Shown here: positions 23,789 to 37,010 of the stretch, piece by piece | Layout of the letters: each line of letters begins with the position of its first letter | How positions within the stretch are numbered: position 1 is the stretch's first letter | Assembly (NCBI RefSeq): GCF_000315625.1 | Contig: NW_005434673.1 | Location: forward strand, 124,001 to 188,000 | Length of the DNA stretch: 64,000 nucleotides | Source: Guillardia theta CCMP2712 | Taxonomy: Eukaryota > Protista > Cryptophyta | Direction: 5' to 3' | Program-made: the position numbers and the translations under genes | The notes under the pieces: model-generated | Database searches by the model: none | Told to the model about the DNA's origin: nothing | What the model saw: the letters and a program-made list of their open reading frames with translations, nothing else

Positions 23789-26331
23789 GATGTAGCTGAG
23801 GAAAGAGTAGTCAGAGCATTATCCAATCAGGGCCTTCTCCATTATATCGCCACTTTTCAGGTAAATGAATTCTTCAAACATCAAGGTTCTATGATTACTG
23901 CTATTCCTCCTCATCTTTTGAATTCTTCCAACATAATTCAACTCGGTTAATTCCCACTGATCCATTATCACAGCTTCACAACCACTTCAAAGAGTTGCAA
24001 CATTTCCTCTAAATCCTGCACAACCTCCAAGTATCCTTCAAAGAACCAAATAATCTTGTGTAATATCACTGTGGTACATCAGATCAATCCTGCTGTTTCA
24101 ATATGGTGATTCATATTCTGTACGATAAAAATACATCATTCTACTCTTCTTCACGATGGACCTCCTAATCCCACGTTCTTTCGAAAATTCCACGTCCCTT
24201 CGAGAGCTAGCTACCTTGTAAACAAATCATGAATCTTCCCATGATCCGTCCGCCAGTAAAATTTCCCTCAAGACATAATCCTGCAACATCTCGTCTCCAT
24301 CTAAACAAAGCAATGTGCTCGCATCAACTTCCATCTGTTGTGAAGATGCCTCAATTCTGTACGTTTCGTTCTGTCTTCTGTTTTCTACCACTGACCATCA
24401 AACTGTTTCTGATTCTCAACACATTAAATCTCCAGGCCTTCTTATCTCTGGTCAAGTCTCGCCTCATTTTTTCACTCATGCATCAACTGCCGTGCATTGT
24501 CCCGCTATCCCTATGACACAAATTGCCCACCACAACTCTCTGAATCTCACGGGAAGATTGAAGTAGCACTCATCCGATGTCAAAAGGTTCAAGAGTCTTC
24601 ATGGTCAGATCGAGTCCTCCTCCTCCTCATCCCTTTCCTCAGTCCCCTTCCATCCCACGCTCCCTCCCCTGCGCCATTCCAAAGGAATTTCGCCGCCCAT
24701 ACACCCGTACTACCCCACCACACTAAGAAACTTGTACCGTACCCCCTCACGTCTTTATCACCCCTACCCACCCCTTTTTAGGACATGTGGTCATTCCTTC
24801 AGAACATTCTTATATCCACCCTACGTATCATCATTCTCATATGATCTTAAGACTCTAATGCACCTTCCAGGCTCAAAAAGGTACCACCCCTCGAAAATAT
24901 TCATTTTTCCTTTCTATCCCCTCATTTGTGTACCCCCACCCCCTTTTCCAATGACACTGACCAACCCCACCCTCATACATCCGGTTGGAAGACACCTGTT
25001 TCTAAAATACACATTTTAGTCCTCGTACAGAAAAACCTAGAACATCAATACACTTTAAAACAATTTTAGATATCTCTCGTACATGATTTGGTCACTGAAC
25101 TTTTAGATTTGTACTCAGATTGAGCGAGATAAATTTTTACAATGGGTGTTCTCAAGTCGATAAGACCGGGTCATAGCATCATTCGACGGACCTAAACCCA
25201 TATATAGGACTCCGATATGACCCTACTTTGGACACTAGAAGAATAATGTTATGAGCCTCGAAAGTCTCGGTCACTGAGTCACTTCACTTCCTTTTGAGTT
25301 TCAGGCCCCGATGGACCTCCGATTTTACCCTCATCCCCTCTCGTAATTTTTAGTTAAGTGTGAGTCAGCGTGCGCCCTCCTAAAAGTGGCGAAAATGTTG
25401 GCAAAAAGCGAGGGGAGAGGAGAGGAAGGAAGGGAGGAGAGGAGGAGAGCATGGCAAGATAGGAGAGGATAGCAGTGAGAGGGAAGGAAGTCAAGGAAAG
25501 AGGGGTGGATGAGAGAATGGTAAGCGATAATGAGACGAGAGGAGGAAAGGAGGAGAGGAGAGGAGAGGAGAGGAGGACAGGATGAAGGAGAGGATAGAAG
25601 GATGAAGAGCGGGGATGAGGTTAGGGTGATTAAATTATGGAAAGAGAATGAGGTGAAGAGGATATTTGAGACGGACATGAAAAGTGCAATCAAAGGCGAT
25701 TAGCTCGCGAAGAGAGACGTAGAGAGCAAGAACCTGCTCCCTCTCTTTCGCATCCGCAAGGAAGGGAATGGATGCGCAAGGAAGGGAATGATGAGAGCAG
25801 GAGATGGATTGAATGTGGAGGGATACTGGTAGATAAAGAGACAGGGTGGTTGCAAGTTGATATTGGCTAGATAATCCATTCCCTCTTATTTGTCGCCCCC
25901 TTTGCGTCTCGTTTCTTATTCTTCCGTTTCTTTGCTGTCAGGACACCACAAGGCTATGCACAAAGATAGGAAAGTGGGGGAAAGACAGTTGTGCTCGTGA
26001 GTACTTGGACAACCCTCGCGTTCAGAATGTCCGCTTCACCGTGCATCAAAGGTAACTTCAGCTATTCAACTACTTCCAGTTTGATCCCATGGGCAGCTTC
26101 TTTGAAATGCCTTGTTCTCTTTCATCTGATGGTCAACTTGGGGGCAGTACATGATGAGATGGTAAGTGACGACTCTTGCTTCTTCTGTCTTCCGATTTTC
26201 AACTCGCTGCATTTGTGTCTGAACATTCCTTGCTCCACTTGCTGAGCTTCGTCCACAGTTCCCGCTGTTATGATATGTCTATTGCCTTGTCTCTTAACTG
26301 ATTTCAACTCCTCGCGTGACAACAGGCCTCC

Positions 26332-29300
26332 GTGTTGCAGCAACGGCGAATCTCTGCCAGCCTGCGAGTGGATGAAGCGATGAGGCCGGGGGACAAGGGA
26401 GAGCAGGGGCGGGGCACGTGGGGATTCAACCTGATCAAGGATCTGACGAGCACGGAACGATGGAGGAGACAAGTCGGCAAGAGATCGCTCTTGCAGGTTG
26501 GCATCGACCTCAGCCTCGAGCTTGATGAGCTGACGTATGTCTTGAGCAGGTCAGGGGCCAGAACTTCCTTCCGCAGTCTCCAATCAGCGAAGACGGGCTG
26601 TCGGATGCTACTACAGCTTCCCTTCCCGACACGTCGTCCTCATCAGCCAACAGTGGTGCCTCGGGCTCGCCAGGAGGATCCTTGACCCTTCCGAAGACAC
26701 TCGGAGGAGCAGTGCTGTACCCCCGCACGCTGAATCTTGGCAGTCAGGCTGCTGCTGTGGACAGTCGGGACGGGACTTCGCTGAAAGGCAACGGACCCAT
26801 GGAAACAGCAGCAACGGAGTCATCGCTCAGCGGGGGAAAGAATTCGGATTCAGTCCTCACAGGAACTGGAACGAGCGAAGCTCAAAGTCTTCAAGCTGAC
26901 TCTCCGACGAATCCTATCACGTCGCAGTCTTCGACTCCCTCCGAGTCCAGCCTTCCCGCCCAAGGAACCTCACTCTCTGGATCCAAGGCAAGTAGTGCAA
27001 GTCCTTCCCTGCTCCCTGGTCGTTTGGAGTTTCACGACGGTGTCCCGACGTCCAGCCAGCAGGTCACCAGCTCCCGCCCAGCTCAGTCGAGACCTTCGCA
27101 GCAGTCGTCAGGCTCTGCTCTTCCTACCCTTGATGATACCGATTCTCAGCTGCAGCAGGCACCGAGTCAGAAGCCAGCTGGAGGCGTGCAAGATCAGAGG
27201 AACGAGAGGTCGGGGCAAGAGGACGCAGGGCCTTCGCTGTCATCCGGCGACCCGGCGGGGATGAAGTCGTCGCAGTCAAGTGCTGGCACGATGACAGCAG
27301 CTGCTCGCCAAACACTTGGAGGGACTGCACAGGAGCTTGTGAGACCGCAACAAGTTGCGCAAGGAGTCGATGGAGCTGGAGCCGCCCGACCTGCTCGTTC
27401 TGTGGCGAACTCAGCAATGGATGTGGCCTCCTCCTCCTCTCCTCCTCCCCCTCAGCCTCCTCCTCCTCCTCCTCATTCCCAGCGCCTGCGCGACAGAGCA
27501 GAAACTCAGCTCAGCTTCCTGGAAATTCAATCCAACAAGCTCCCATGTTTCAAGCTGGCTCCTCTTACTCGCTGGCTCCCTCTCCCTCCTCTCCTTCACC
27601 TTCCTCGCGCCCGACTTCCTTCGACTCATCGTCAACCTCATCCTTCCCTTCCAACACTGCTTCTTCTCCCTCTTCTCCTTCCTCCTCCTCCTCCTCCCCC
27701 CCCCCCTCCTCCTGGTCAATTCCGCACGGGTATGGGTCTCTCANNNNNNNNNNNNNNNNNNNNNNNNNNNNNNNNNNNNNNNNNNNNNNNNNNNNNNNNN
27801 NNNNNNNNNNNNNNNNNNNNNNNNNNNNNNNNNNNNNNNNNNNTCCCCCCCCCCTCCCTCCTCCTCCCCCCCCCTCCCTTTCTCCTCCTCCTCCTCCCTT
27901 TCTCCTCCTCCCCCTCCTCCTCCTCCTCATCGTACTCTTCCCGTCCCTCTTCTTACTCCTCCCGTCCCTCACCTCAAATCACCATCCTCCTTTCTTCCCC
28001 CCCCCCCCTCTCGCTCCTCCTCGTTCTCCCCTTCTCCTCCTTCATCAAACTCTTACAGCGGGATGCAACGGGACGCTCGGACGCAAGGATCGGACGGCAA
28101 GGTGCAGGGCGATTCTCCTTCAATGCCTGCTCAGGGCTACTCGCAACCGATTGCTGCTCCTTCCGCCCCTCCTCTCTCTAGTCCTCCAAGAGTCTCCTCC
28201 CCGACAACCAACCCCCCAGCCCCTCGTTCTCCTTCCTCTTTCCTCTCGCCCACTTCTCCCTCACCAGCTCCGCCCAGGGCTCCAACCTCCTCTTCCTCCT
28301 CTTCCTCCTCCACAGCTTCCTTTGCCTCTCCTCTTGTCCCACCCACCCCTCCCACATCTGGGAGTTCGGACAACAGAGGGCTCGCCTCCCCGGACCAGCA
28401 GCAGGCGACGGGATCCCGTGGTCCTCTGATCAGCTCCTTGCCTCCAATTCCTCAGGGTGGGACCGGCAGAGGCGGCAACATCGGTCGACCCCCAGCAGCA
28501 AGCGGAGGATATCAGCTTCCTGCTCAAGCTCCTCTCATTTCGACGCAAGAGGCTTCGCAACCATGTGGAGCGGAAGGGGCGTGCTCGGGCAAGGGCCGGT
28601 GTGTCGGGGAAGGAGAGGAGGAGCGATGCCTCTGCGAGCCGGGCTGGGCGGGGAAGCAGTGTGAGCTCGCTTGCCCTGGCCTGACGCAGGAGGGGATGTA
28701 TTGCAGCGGTGCTGGGTCTTGCTCGCCTAGTGGGGTCTGCCGCTGCGACAGCGGGAGATGGGGGGAGGCGTGCGAGAAGCAATGCCCCGGAGGAGACGTG
28801 AACCCTTGCGGAGGGCATGGCGTGTGCAGCATGCACGGGACTTGCTCGTGCGAGGAGGGATGGACGGGACGAGACTGCAGGCGGCTGGTCGGATCCCTCG
28901 GTGCTGCCGTCCTGTCCCGCGTGGAGGGTCTGTGCGTGGGATCTCAGGTGAACCTGCCCGAGGGATGGAGCTTGTCGGAGCAGGTGAGGAGCATGAGAGA
29001 GAGAGCACGAGGAGAGGGGGGTGGTTGAAGGGAGGTCTGCAGGTGTCGTCCAACGGCATCGCTTCCACCCCCCAGGGAGCTGACGGGACGGAGGCGCTGC
29101 AGCGAGTGGTGGAAGGCTCCTCCCCCTTCCCCTCCCAGCTGCCAAGCAGAGCGCAGCTGAGGTTCTCGCGGGAAAGCAACCAGCTGCAGCTGCGGCTGGG
29201 GGACCGGATGGCGTCGGGGACTTTCTACATCTGGCATCCTGCTGATGATGGAGATCATGGCATGGGCCTCAACGACTCCCCGGCCTCCATCGACCTCGTC

Positions 29301-30509
29301 CTCACTCAGGTTCCCTCCTCTCACTGCTCCCGCCGCGTCTTCTCCCCCCCCCCCCCTTATCCCTCCTCCTCCTCTTCCTCCTCGTCCTCCTCATCTTGTT
29401 CCCGTCTTGCCTTTCCCATCCTCTGAATGTCCTTTCTGCCTGCTTCCCTCCCTCCTCCTCCCCCCTCCTGATCTTCCCCAGGGCTCCATCGTCGGTACCA
29501 TGCATGGACTGCTCTACTCTAACTCACACGGCAAGCTTGTCCTCGTCCTCGGTGACCCCGGCGCTCCTCGTCCTCGCCCTACAGCCTCGGGCTTTGACGA
29601 GCGCGTCCTCCTCCTCATGCTCACCAAGTCCAACGCTCTCCTCACCTCTCGCTGGCCATGGCCGAAGCCAAACAGTATCCCTTCCTTCCGCCAGCCCGTC
29701 CCCCTCCAGCTGGACCCCAGCCCGTGGCCCCCTCTCAGCCTCCCAGGGGCAGTTTGACCCCCTCGGACCAGCTGGGAGAAGGGCAGGGGACGCAGTCACC
29801 ATCTAGAGCTTCTCAGCTGGGGTCGAGCTCGGGTCAAGACCTCGCGGCACCCCAGCAACCGATGGAGGCCGAGCGTGTCCAGAGCCCAGTAGAAGCTCAG
29901 CAGGACGAGGCCAACAAGCCGAGCGAGACGGATAACCAGCTTGTGCTGCGAACCTGCTCATGCTGCATGCAACAGGGTGACGGGTATAAGGTCAGCACTG
30001 ACATCCACCTCCTCCCTCCTCCCCCTCCTCTTCCCTCTCTCCGTCCTCCGTCCTCCCTCCTTCTGGTGTACCTCGTACCTCGTACCTCCTCTCTTCTCTC
30101 CCCTTGCACCCTTCCGCTGCTTCCCTCCCCCTTCGATATCCCTTCCTTTTTCTTCCTCGTCTCCTTTCTCCTCCTTCCCCTCCCCCTCCTCACCGAGACT
30201 GCTAGGAATGCTGCGACAAAATCGACCGCAACCTCGTCGAAGCCTTCGCGCTCTGCAGGCGTTTTGTATCCGCATTCGGACCCTCCTCCTCCTCCTCCTC
30301 CTCCTCCTCCTCCTCCTCCTCCTCCTCGAAGGGGAGGCAGAGCTTCGGAGGCTCTGCGATAGCAGAAGAGGCTCAGAGGATGCCAGGAGGGCAGCTGGAC
30401 GTAGGTCGGAGCAGGCAGGAAGAAGCTGGGGAGCGAGGAGGAAGGCACAGGAACGGAACGGACAACGTCATCTCGTCCGTGTACGAAATCCTTCGCAACC
30501 AGAGCACGG
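26332..30509 (+). CDS. Ser/Pro-rich extracellular-type protein with three tenascin/teneurin-type EGF repeats (multi-exon, crosses a gap, ends uncertain)
   Basis: About 28560-28880: CSGKGRC...CLCEPGWAGKQC, CSGAGSC...CRCDSGRWGEAC, CGGHGVC...CSCEEGWTGRDC. Long low-complexity Ser/Pro/Gln exons precede them. Confidence 0.7.
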
Positions 30510-31694
30510 TGAGCTTGTTGTTACTGTTCCCCTCCTCCTCCNNNNNNNNNNNNNNNNNNNNNNNNNNNNNNNNNNNNNNNNNNNNNNNNNNNNNNNNNNN
30601 NNNNNNNNNNNNNNNNNNNNNNNNNNNNNNNNNNNNNNNNNNNNNNNNNNNNNNNNNNNNNNNNNNNNNNNNNNNNNNNNNNNNNNNNNNNNNNNNNNNN
30701 NNNNNNNNNNNNNNNNNNNNNNNNNNNNNNNNNNNNNNNNNNNNNNNNNNNNNNNNNNNNNNNNNNNNNNNNNNNNNNNNNNNNNNNNNNNNNNNNNNNN
30801 NNNNNNNNNNNNNNNNNNNNNNNNNNNNNNNNNNNNNNNNNNNNNNNNNNNNNNNNNNNNNNNNNNNNNNNNNNNNNNNNNNNNNNNNNNNNNNNNNNNN
30901 NNNNNNNNNNNNNNNNNNNNNNNNNNNNNNNNNNNNNNNNNNNNNNNNNNNNNNNNNNNNNNNNNNNNNNNNNNNNNNNNNNNNNNNNNNNNNNNNNNNN
31001 NNNNNNNNNNNNNNNNNNNNNNNNNNNNNNNNNNNNNNNNNNNNNNNNNNNNNNNNNNNNNNNNNNNNNNNNNNNNNNNNNNNNNNNNNNNNNNNNNNNN
31101 NNNNNNNNNNNNNNNNNNNNNNNNNNNNNNNNNNNNNNNNNNNNNNNNNNNNNNNNNNNNNNNNNNNNNNNNNNNNNNNNNNNNNNNNNNNCTGCGTCTA
31201 CCCGGGGGCTGGTTGTTCTTGGAGATGTAGTTGGGGTTGACAAGGCAGGTGAAGTTGTTGCGGCTGGTGCCGGACCCCTGGGGTCGGCAGGCGGCAGCTT
31301 ATACCCGCGTGAGCTAGTCGGGCAGCGCCCCCCGGTGTCGCAGGCCTCGTACAGAATGGCCGCTCCAACAAAGGAAAGCGACTCTAGTAGTCTAGTCAAG
31401 TCGCTCAGTCTGAACTTGGCATTCTCTCGAAATGCTACTAATCTCCTGCCAAGGAATTCATTGAAGTGCTTTGAAGAGCAATTCGATCGGAAGCCCATTT
31501 ACCTTCATTGCAATTCTATACTTGTTTGAGTTCTGGTAACGATTATGCAAACTCTGGTCATGAATTCATTCTGGTCTCAGTTCATGTTGTAATGTGCACG
31601 GGCTCGATGATCAAGTGACTGATTAGAGAACTGACGCATCGTTATAACGGATGAAGATAACGACCGTAACGGATACGGAGGTCAAACTGACACA

Positions 31695-31860
31695 ATGCGG
31701 GGGCGAGCGGGCAGTGTCAACATGACGGCGATGCGCGAGAGGGCGGAGGAGGCCAGCAAGAGAGAGACAAGCCTGGCAAGCCAGGTACGATGTCCTGCTG
31801 CTGCTGCTCCCGCTCCCGCTCCTGATGCTGCTCCCGCTCCCGCTCCTGATGCTGCTCCTA

Positions 31861-31895
<35 letters not shown>

Positions 31896-34800
31896 CGGTC
31901 TAATGATACTGGCAGCTCGATCACTACCTTGGGTTAAGGAAAGATGGGTATGGGACCAACACAGAAGGATTCTTTCACATCATATTCTTGATAGGTTCCC
32001 TTCCCTTCCCTCTCCTCGGTTGTTGTTGTGATCGTTTGTGTGCATCCTCAGTTTTCACCGCTGTGGTGATGGATCAAGCCGTTCCCAATGAAGAGTTCCA
32101 CAGCTTTTGTGATAGCTTGAGCACTTTGTTTGTGATAGATAGCATTCCAGGTTGACTAGAAGTCGATTCTCACCCCTGATGTGACATGCTTTCAGAGAAC
32201 GACGCAAGGAACGCAACATTGCGATGGTTCAATCAATCCATCGCAACCAAGGTCTCCTCCCCCTCATTCTGACGTTCTTACCTCTCATTCACACACACAG
32301 ATCCTCCCTCCTGACGCTCAAGCTGTCGGATACTTTGGAGGAGGAAGCCTGCTTCTCGTCTCTCACATCCAGGTAGCCGCACTCGCTGCCCTCCCTCACT
32401 CCCTGACTTGACGAGCAGGTTCGACAGCTGCGGGTGGTTGCGACCCCCTGCAACAGCCTCGTGCAGACGATGACAACGAGCAGTCTGCCCTGCTACGGGG
32501 GATACACACAGAGCAACGAGTTCCGGTCTCCGCTCACCCTGAGAGCTCCGGGGTCAAACTCATCCATCGCCTCCTACTGGGAGCTCGGGGACGGGACGTG
32601 GACGCGAGGAAAGTCTGGGACGGCCTACCCGAGCTCAGGGAACATGCTGTACCTCCCGTTGAACAGAACGGATGCGATGGCAATGCTGAGGTTGATGAGC
32701 AGCGGCTGGATGGCGCCTGGGACGCGGGCGATGCTGGTCGACTACCTTGTGATCTGCCCATCCCTTCGGCTGTTGGGCACTGTGAGACAGATCGTGGAGT
32801 TCCTCCCCTCCGGGAAGGTGGAGACAGACGTGCGGGTGGAGGGGGCGAGGATGGAGCACGTGCTGCCGACAGGAGACAAGCTGCAGTCAGCCGGGGTAGC
32901 AGGGGAGATCGTCGTGCTCACGTGGATCTGTCTCCTCACTGTGCGGGAGCTCTACATCCTCTTTCGCATCAGGTGGTGGTACGTGCTGGGAAAGGGGAGG
33001 CTGTGGAGGTTGTGGAGCTGGACCGTCTTTGCGCTGGGAGCAGCGAGCATGGCGTACCGCCTTCAGCCCATTCAGCTGATGAACTCGCAGAAGTATGTAT
33101 TCCCTCCTACTACCAACAGGTACTTTCCCAGCTTCCAGTCCGTCCTCCTCCTCCTGCAGACGTGGAGGACGCTACTGGGGGTGAACCTTGCGCTGTGCTG
33201 GCTGAGGAGCCTGCAGTTCATGCACAACATCTCTGTGCTCAGACCGACCCTCGAGGCCATGGAGCGCGCTATGCTCGCTGTCATCTCCATCGTGCTCGTC
33301 TGCTTCATCCCGTTCCTCGCGCTTGCCATGGTCCACCAGCTGGTTCTCGGGGTTGGGAATCGCTCGTTCAGGACGTTTCGAGACACTTGCCTGTCTATCT
33401 ACGTCTCCATCCTCGGGGGGAAGATCATATACCTGGACTCCTCCTCCTCCTCCTCCTCCTNNNNNNNNNNNNNNNNNNNNNNNNNNNNNNNNNNNNNNNN
33501 NNNNNNNNNNNNNNNNNNNNNNNNNNNNNNNNNNNNNNNNNNNNNNNNNNNNNNNNNNNNAAAAGGCAGAAGAGAAGATTTTTGCATTATCTGAAATGAT
33601 TTCGTTGGTAAGTCTTGGGTCGCGCAGACTTTCGATACGTTAAGATCGCCGGCTTGTTGAGAGTCGAGGGTCTTCTTGCATGGAGACAGGAAGACACGGC
33701 CAGCAAAGTTGTCAACACAAACGAAGATCGAGTCGTAATGAGAACGAGTAGACGGGAAGCCGGAAACAACATCGATGGAGATTGTAGCAATACGATCAGA
33801 CGGAGCTGCTTGACTGTGCGACGGTCCCATCTGTGGCTTGCGATAAGATTTGTATTGGATGCAAGATTGACAGGAAAGGATATAACGTTCGACTTGTTGA
33901 CGCATAGAGGGCCAATAAACAACAGGAACAAGAGCCAAATATGTTCGAGAGAAGCCGCGGTGACTGTGAAGGTCATGGGCACGGTATAGAAGTTCTTTGC
34001 GAACAGATTGAGGAATGCAAATGCGTTGTCGGTGAAGACTATCTGTTAGAATCAGGAGATGATTTTCAATGTGAAAATACTTGTACGATGGGTTGTTTTG
34101 AACTGCTTGATAGATTGTAGAAAAGTATAGAGGGAGGTAACATGTTGGCAGTCGATCAGAAGTTTATTGATGAAGAAGTCGGAGACCTGGAAAGGAGCAT
34201 GGAAGAAGTAAGACGCAGTTGCTGCTGCTAGTCAAGATCTGATTATGCTTTGCAGGCTGGATGAGGAGATTTTAGATGAGAAGCTGAAGGTGATGGAGAT
34301 AAAGATGTTTGGGGGAGAGGACGGAAAGGAGGATTTCCCAGAGAGATGTAGTGCAGCAGCAGCAGCAGCATTTCTTCTGTTTGGTCTCAATGCTTCTTCA
34401 GGTGGAGATGGTCGAGAGGAAGCGGATCGACAAGATCGAGAGCAGCATTGCATTCCTGGTTGTGAACCTGCGAGCGCTGGCGAGAAACCTTCTTAAGGTG
34501 AGGAGGAAGCGACGAGGAGAGGGCGGGGAATTGACGACGATGCGCAGGAGGAGAGGAGCAACAAGCTGCTGCAGGAACAGTCGTTGCTCCTGCTGGGGAT
34601 GAAACAAGGAAGCAGCTACCAGAGTCTGAGAGAGATGAGCTCCTTGAAAAGTGAGTGGAGGAAGCAGGAGGAGGAGGTGAAGGTGGTGGTGGTGGAGGAG
34701 GAGGACAGGGAAGCAGGAGAGGGAAGGAGGGGGAAGGGGGTGGGGAAGATGGAAAGGAGGAGGGGAAGGAGGGAAAAGGCACAAGCTGGCAATGAAGAGC

Positions 34801-35187
34801 AGCATTGGGAGGGAACAGGGAGAAAGATACAAGAAAAGGAGGAACAGGACGACAGTCGTGGTCGGGTAGCGAATGGGGAAGCTAAGTTGTAAGAGGAGCT
34901 GAGAGAGCCAGGGAGCCAGGGAGCCAGGGAGCCAGGGAGCCGAGGGGCGAGGAGGAGAGGCAAAGAAGGAAGCAGCGAGGGGCACTAGGGAGAGGAAGTG
35001 ACGGCTGACAGCGAGAATCGCAGGCGGGAGATGTTGAAGATGGAGGAGGAGGAGAAACAAGACCTGAAGAAAATGAAGTCGATCAGAGTCCGGGCAGAGG
35101 CAGCAGACGCGTACAACATGTGGAAGAACGGCGCGCTCGACGACCTGCTGCTGACCGACAGGACGAACAAGTCCAGCAAGGTACATC
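31695..35187 (+). CDS. Polycystin-2 (PKD2/TRPP)-like cation channel (multi-exon, interrupted by a gap and a retroelement relic)
   Basis: Polycystin/TOP domain: VRQLRV...PCYGGY...YPSSGNMLYLPLNRTDAMAMLRLMSSGWMAPGTRAMLVDY...VEFLPSG. Then TM helices, LCWLRSLQFM and the pore helix FRTFRDTCLSIYVSILG. Coiled-coil C-terminal exons at 34400-35180. Confidence 0.85.
33561..34200 (-). mobile_element. Degenerate Ty3/Gypsy-type LTR retrotransposon pol fragment (integrase H2C2 zinc finger plus start of the rve core)
   Basis: AHDLHSHRGFSRTYLAL...YWPSMRQQVERYILSCQSCIQYK...ISIDVVSGFPSTRSHYDSIFVCVDNFAGRVFLSPC. The EIISDNAKIFSSAF motif follows in a shifted frame. Confidence 0.88.
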
Positions 35188-35487
35188 NNNNNNNNNNNNN
35201 NNNNNNNNNNNNNNNNNNNNNNNNNNNNNNNNNNNNNNNNNNNNNNNNNNNNNNNNNNNNNNNNNNNNNNNNNNNNNNNNNNNNNNNGCCTGACCAAGAA
35301 ACGAAAATACCAGGAATAAAAATAGAGGAGGAGGAGGAGGAGGATCTTCACATGTATATCTTCATATGTTTCATAATGTCAAGGTGTAAAATCGTTCGAA
35401 AGAAACCAGACAAGAAGTAACTACAGGGTTATTTACAACCTATGTACATGAGCATCTCACTCAAAGAATAATGCAACCCTCTCGTCC

Positions 35488-37010
35488 TCACAAGCATCGG
35501 AACCCTGTCCTCAGCCCGATCGGCGAGCTGAAGGTTGAGGGGAGTTTCGCCGCCATATCCGATGACATAAACGTCTGCTTCCTCCTCAGCCTCCCGCCGT
35601 AAGGGGGGACAGGCAGACTCTCAATGCTACGGATGGATCGCAGTAGACGCTCCCCGCTGAAGGAGGGAACGAGACGTCCCTTGCTGACCTCCTGCTCGAT
35701 GCTTTCCTTCAGCTCCTTCCTTGCCTCGTGGCTCGAGTCCAGCTGGGCATGCAAGTCGTCGGCGGGTCGGTGAGGAGGAGACGGATGGTCTACGGACAGA
35801 CGGAGGGCAAGCCTGTGGGAATGAGATAAGAGACGGGAGGGGAGAGGGGAGGAACAGGAAAGAAGATAGAGGGCGTTGGGAAGGAGGGTGAGGGAGGAGG
35901 AGGGTGAGGAGGACGAGAAAACGAGGGAGGGGTGAGACGGTCACTTACATCACGTTGAAAATCAAACCAGCAAGGTTGATGACGACCACTCGCAGCCCGA
36001 GAGGCACGATGGTGAAGTTTGCTAAGTGAATCTGAAGGTGAACACGTTAGGAGGACAGACGGGAGGGAGAGAGGGGCAGAGAGGAAATTCGAAGAAGAGA
36101 GGAGGACGATGCAGATCAGAGAGGAGGGAGGCGAGAGGCTGCAGGGAGGAGCAGAGGGCAGGGGGAGGAGGGAAAGGAAGCAGAAATGAGAAGAGAAGGC
36201 AACTCACAGGTAACCAGAACATCATTCCGTTGCGATGGGTGGGGAGGACTTGCTCCATGAACAACTTCTTGAAGTTGAGAAACTTGAGGTCCTTCCCTTG
36301 CGTCACAAAGTCGTAGAACCCGACGAAGGTGAAGAACAGAGTCAGGAAGCAGGGGCCAAAGAAAACCTCCAAACAGGTTCAGAAATCTCTCTCCCTCCCT
36401 CATCGGGTCTACCTGATCGACTAGGAGTTTCTGCGCAACCACGAGCATATTGGATCCTCCACCAAACACTCGATCGAGTTGGGTGAGCCTGGCGGCAACA
36501 ATCAAAACTTGCACTCGAACTGGACGCAACAGACAGCAGGAGGCGGGGTCGTGGCGGAACAGCAACGAGCTACTCACCAAGCGTCGATGATGGGAGTGCA
36601 GACCAGCGCCCACAGCGCAAACCTCATCGTCGAGAGAGCATCCCAACTCCACTTTTGCTCTGCGGATCTTCCCGTCACTCCCGATATTCTCTACCTCATC
36701 CTCCTTCAACTCATTCCATCCATCTTCCATTTCCCCATCCTCCCCCTTCCTCTCCTCGCCCCCCCTCTCCTCCCTCGCTCTCCTCCCTCGCTTTCCGTCT
36801 CCCTTCCTCCTCTCTTGCTACTTGCAAAGTTGAATCTGACCTTTGCTCCGTACAGATCTCAGATTCTGTGCAGCAAGATCCGCTGCTACACTCATCATGG
36901 ATGCCGAGAGCATCTGGATATGAGGTGAGCATGGAGACAAGTTGATGAGGAAGATGTACCTTTGCCTCCAATGGTCTTTCTTGCATCCAATTTGAAACTA
37001 TCAATCCCAA
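35488..37010 (-). CDS. Mpv17/PMP22 family membrane protein (multi-exon)
   Basis: ERPLEAK|MLSASMMSVAADLAAQ, RFALWALVCTPIIDAW, LDRVFGG...VAQKLLVDQ, FFGPCFLTLFF, NGMMFWLP|ANFTIVPLGLRVVVINLAGLIFNV. Confidence 0.85.

Noticed and set aside
23820-24600. Possible degraded retroelement upstream of p23
   Set aside because: The composition is unusual, but there are stops in all frames and no RT, RNase H or integrase motif was recognised.
29941-31498. Long ORFs spanning the 650-N gap
   Set aside because: They appear open only because N codons contain no stops.
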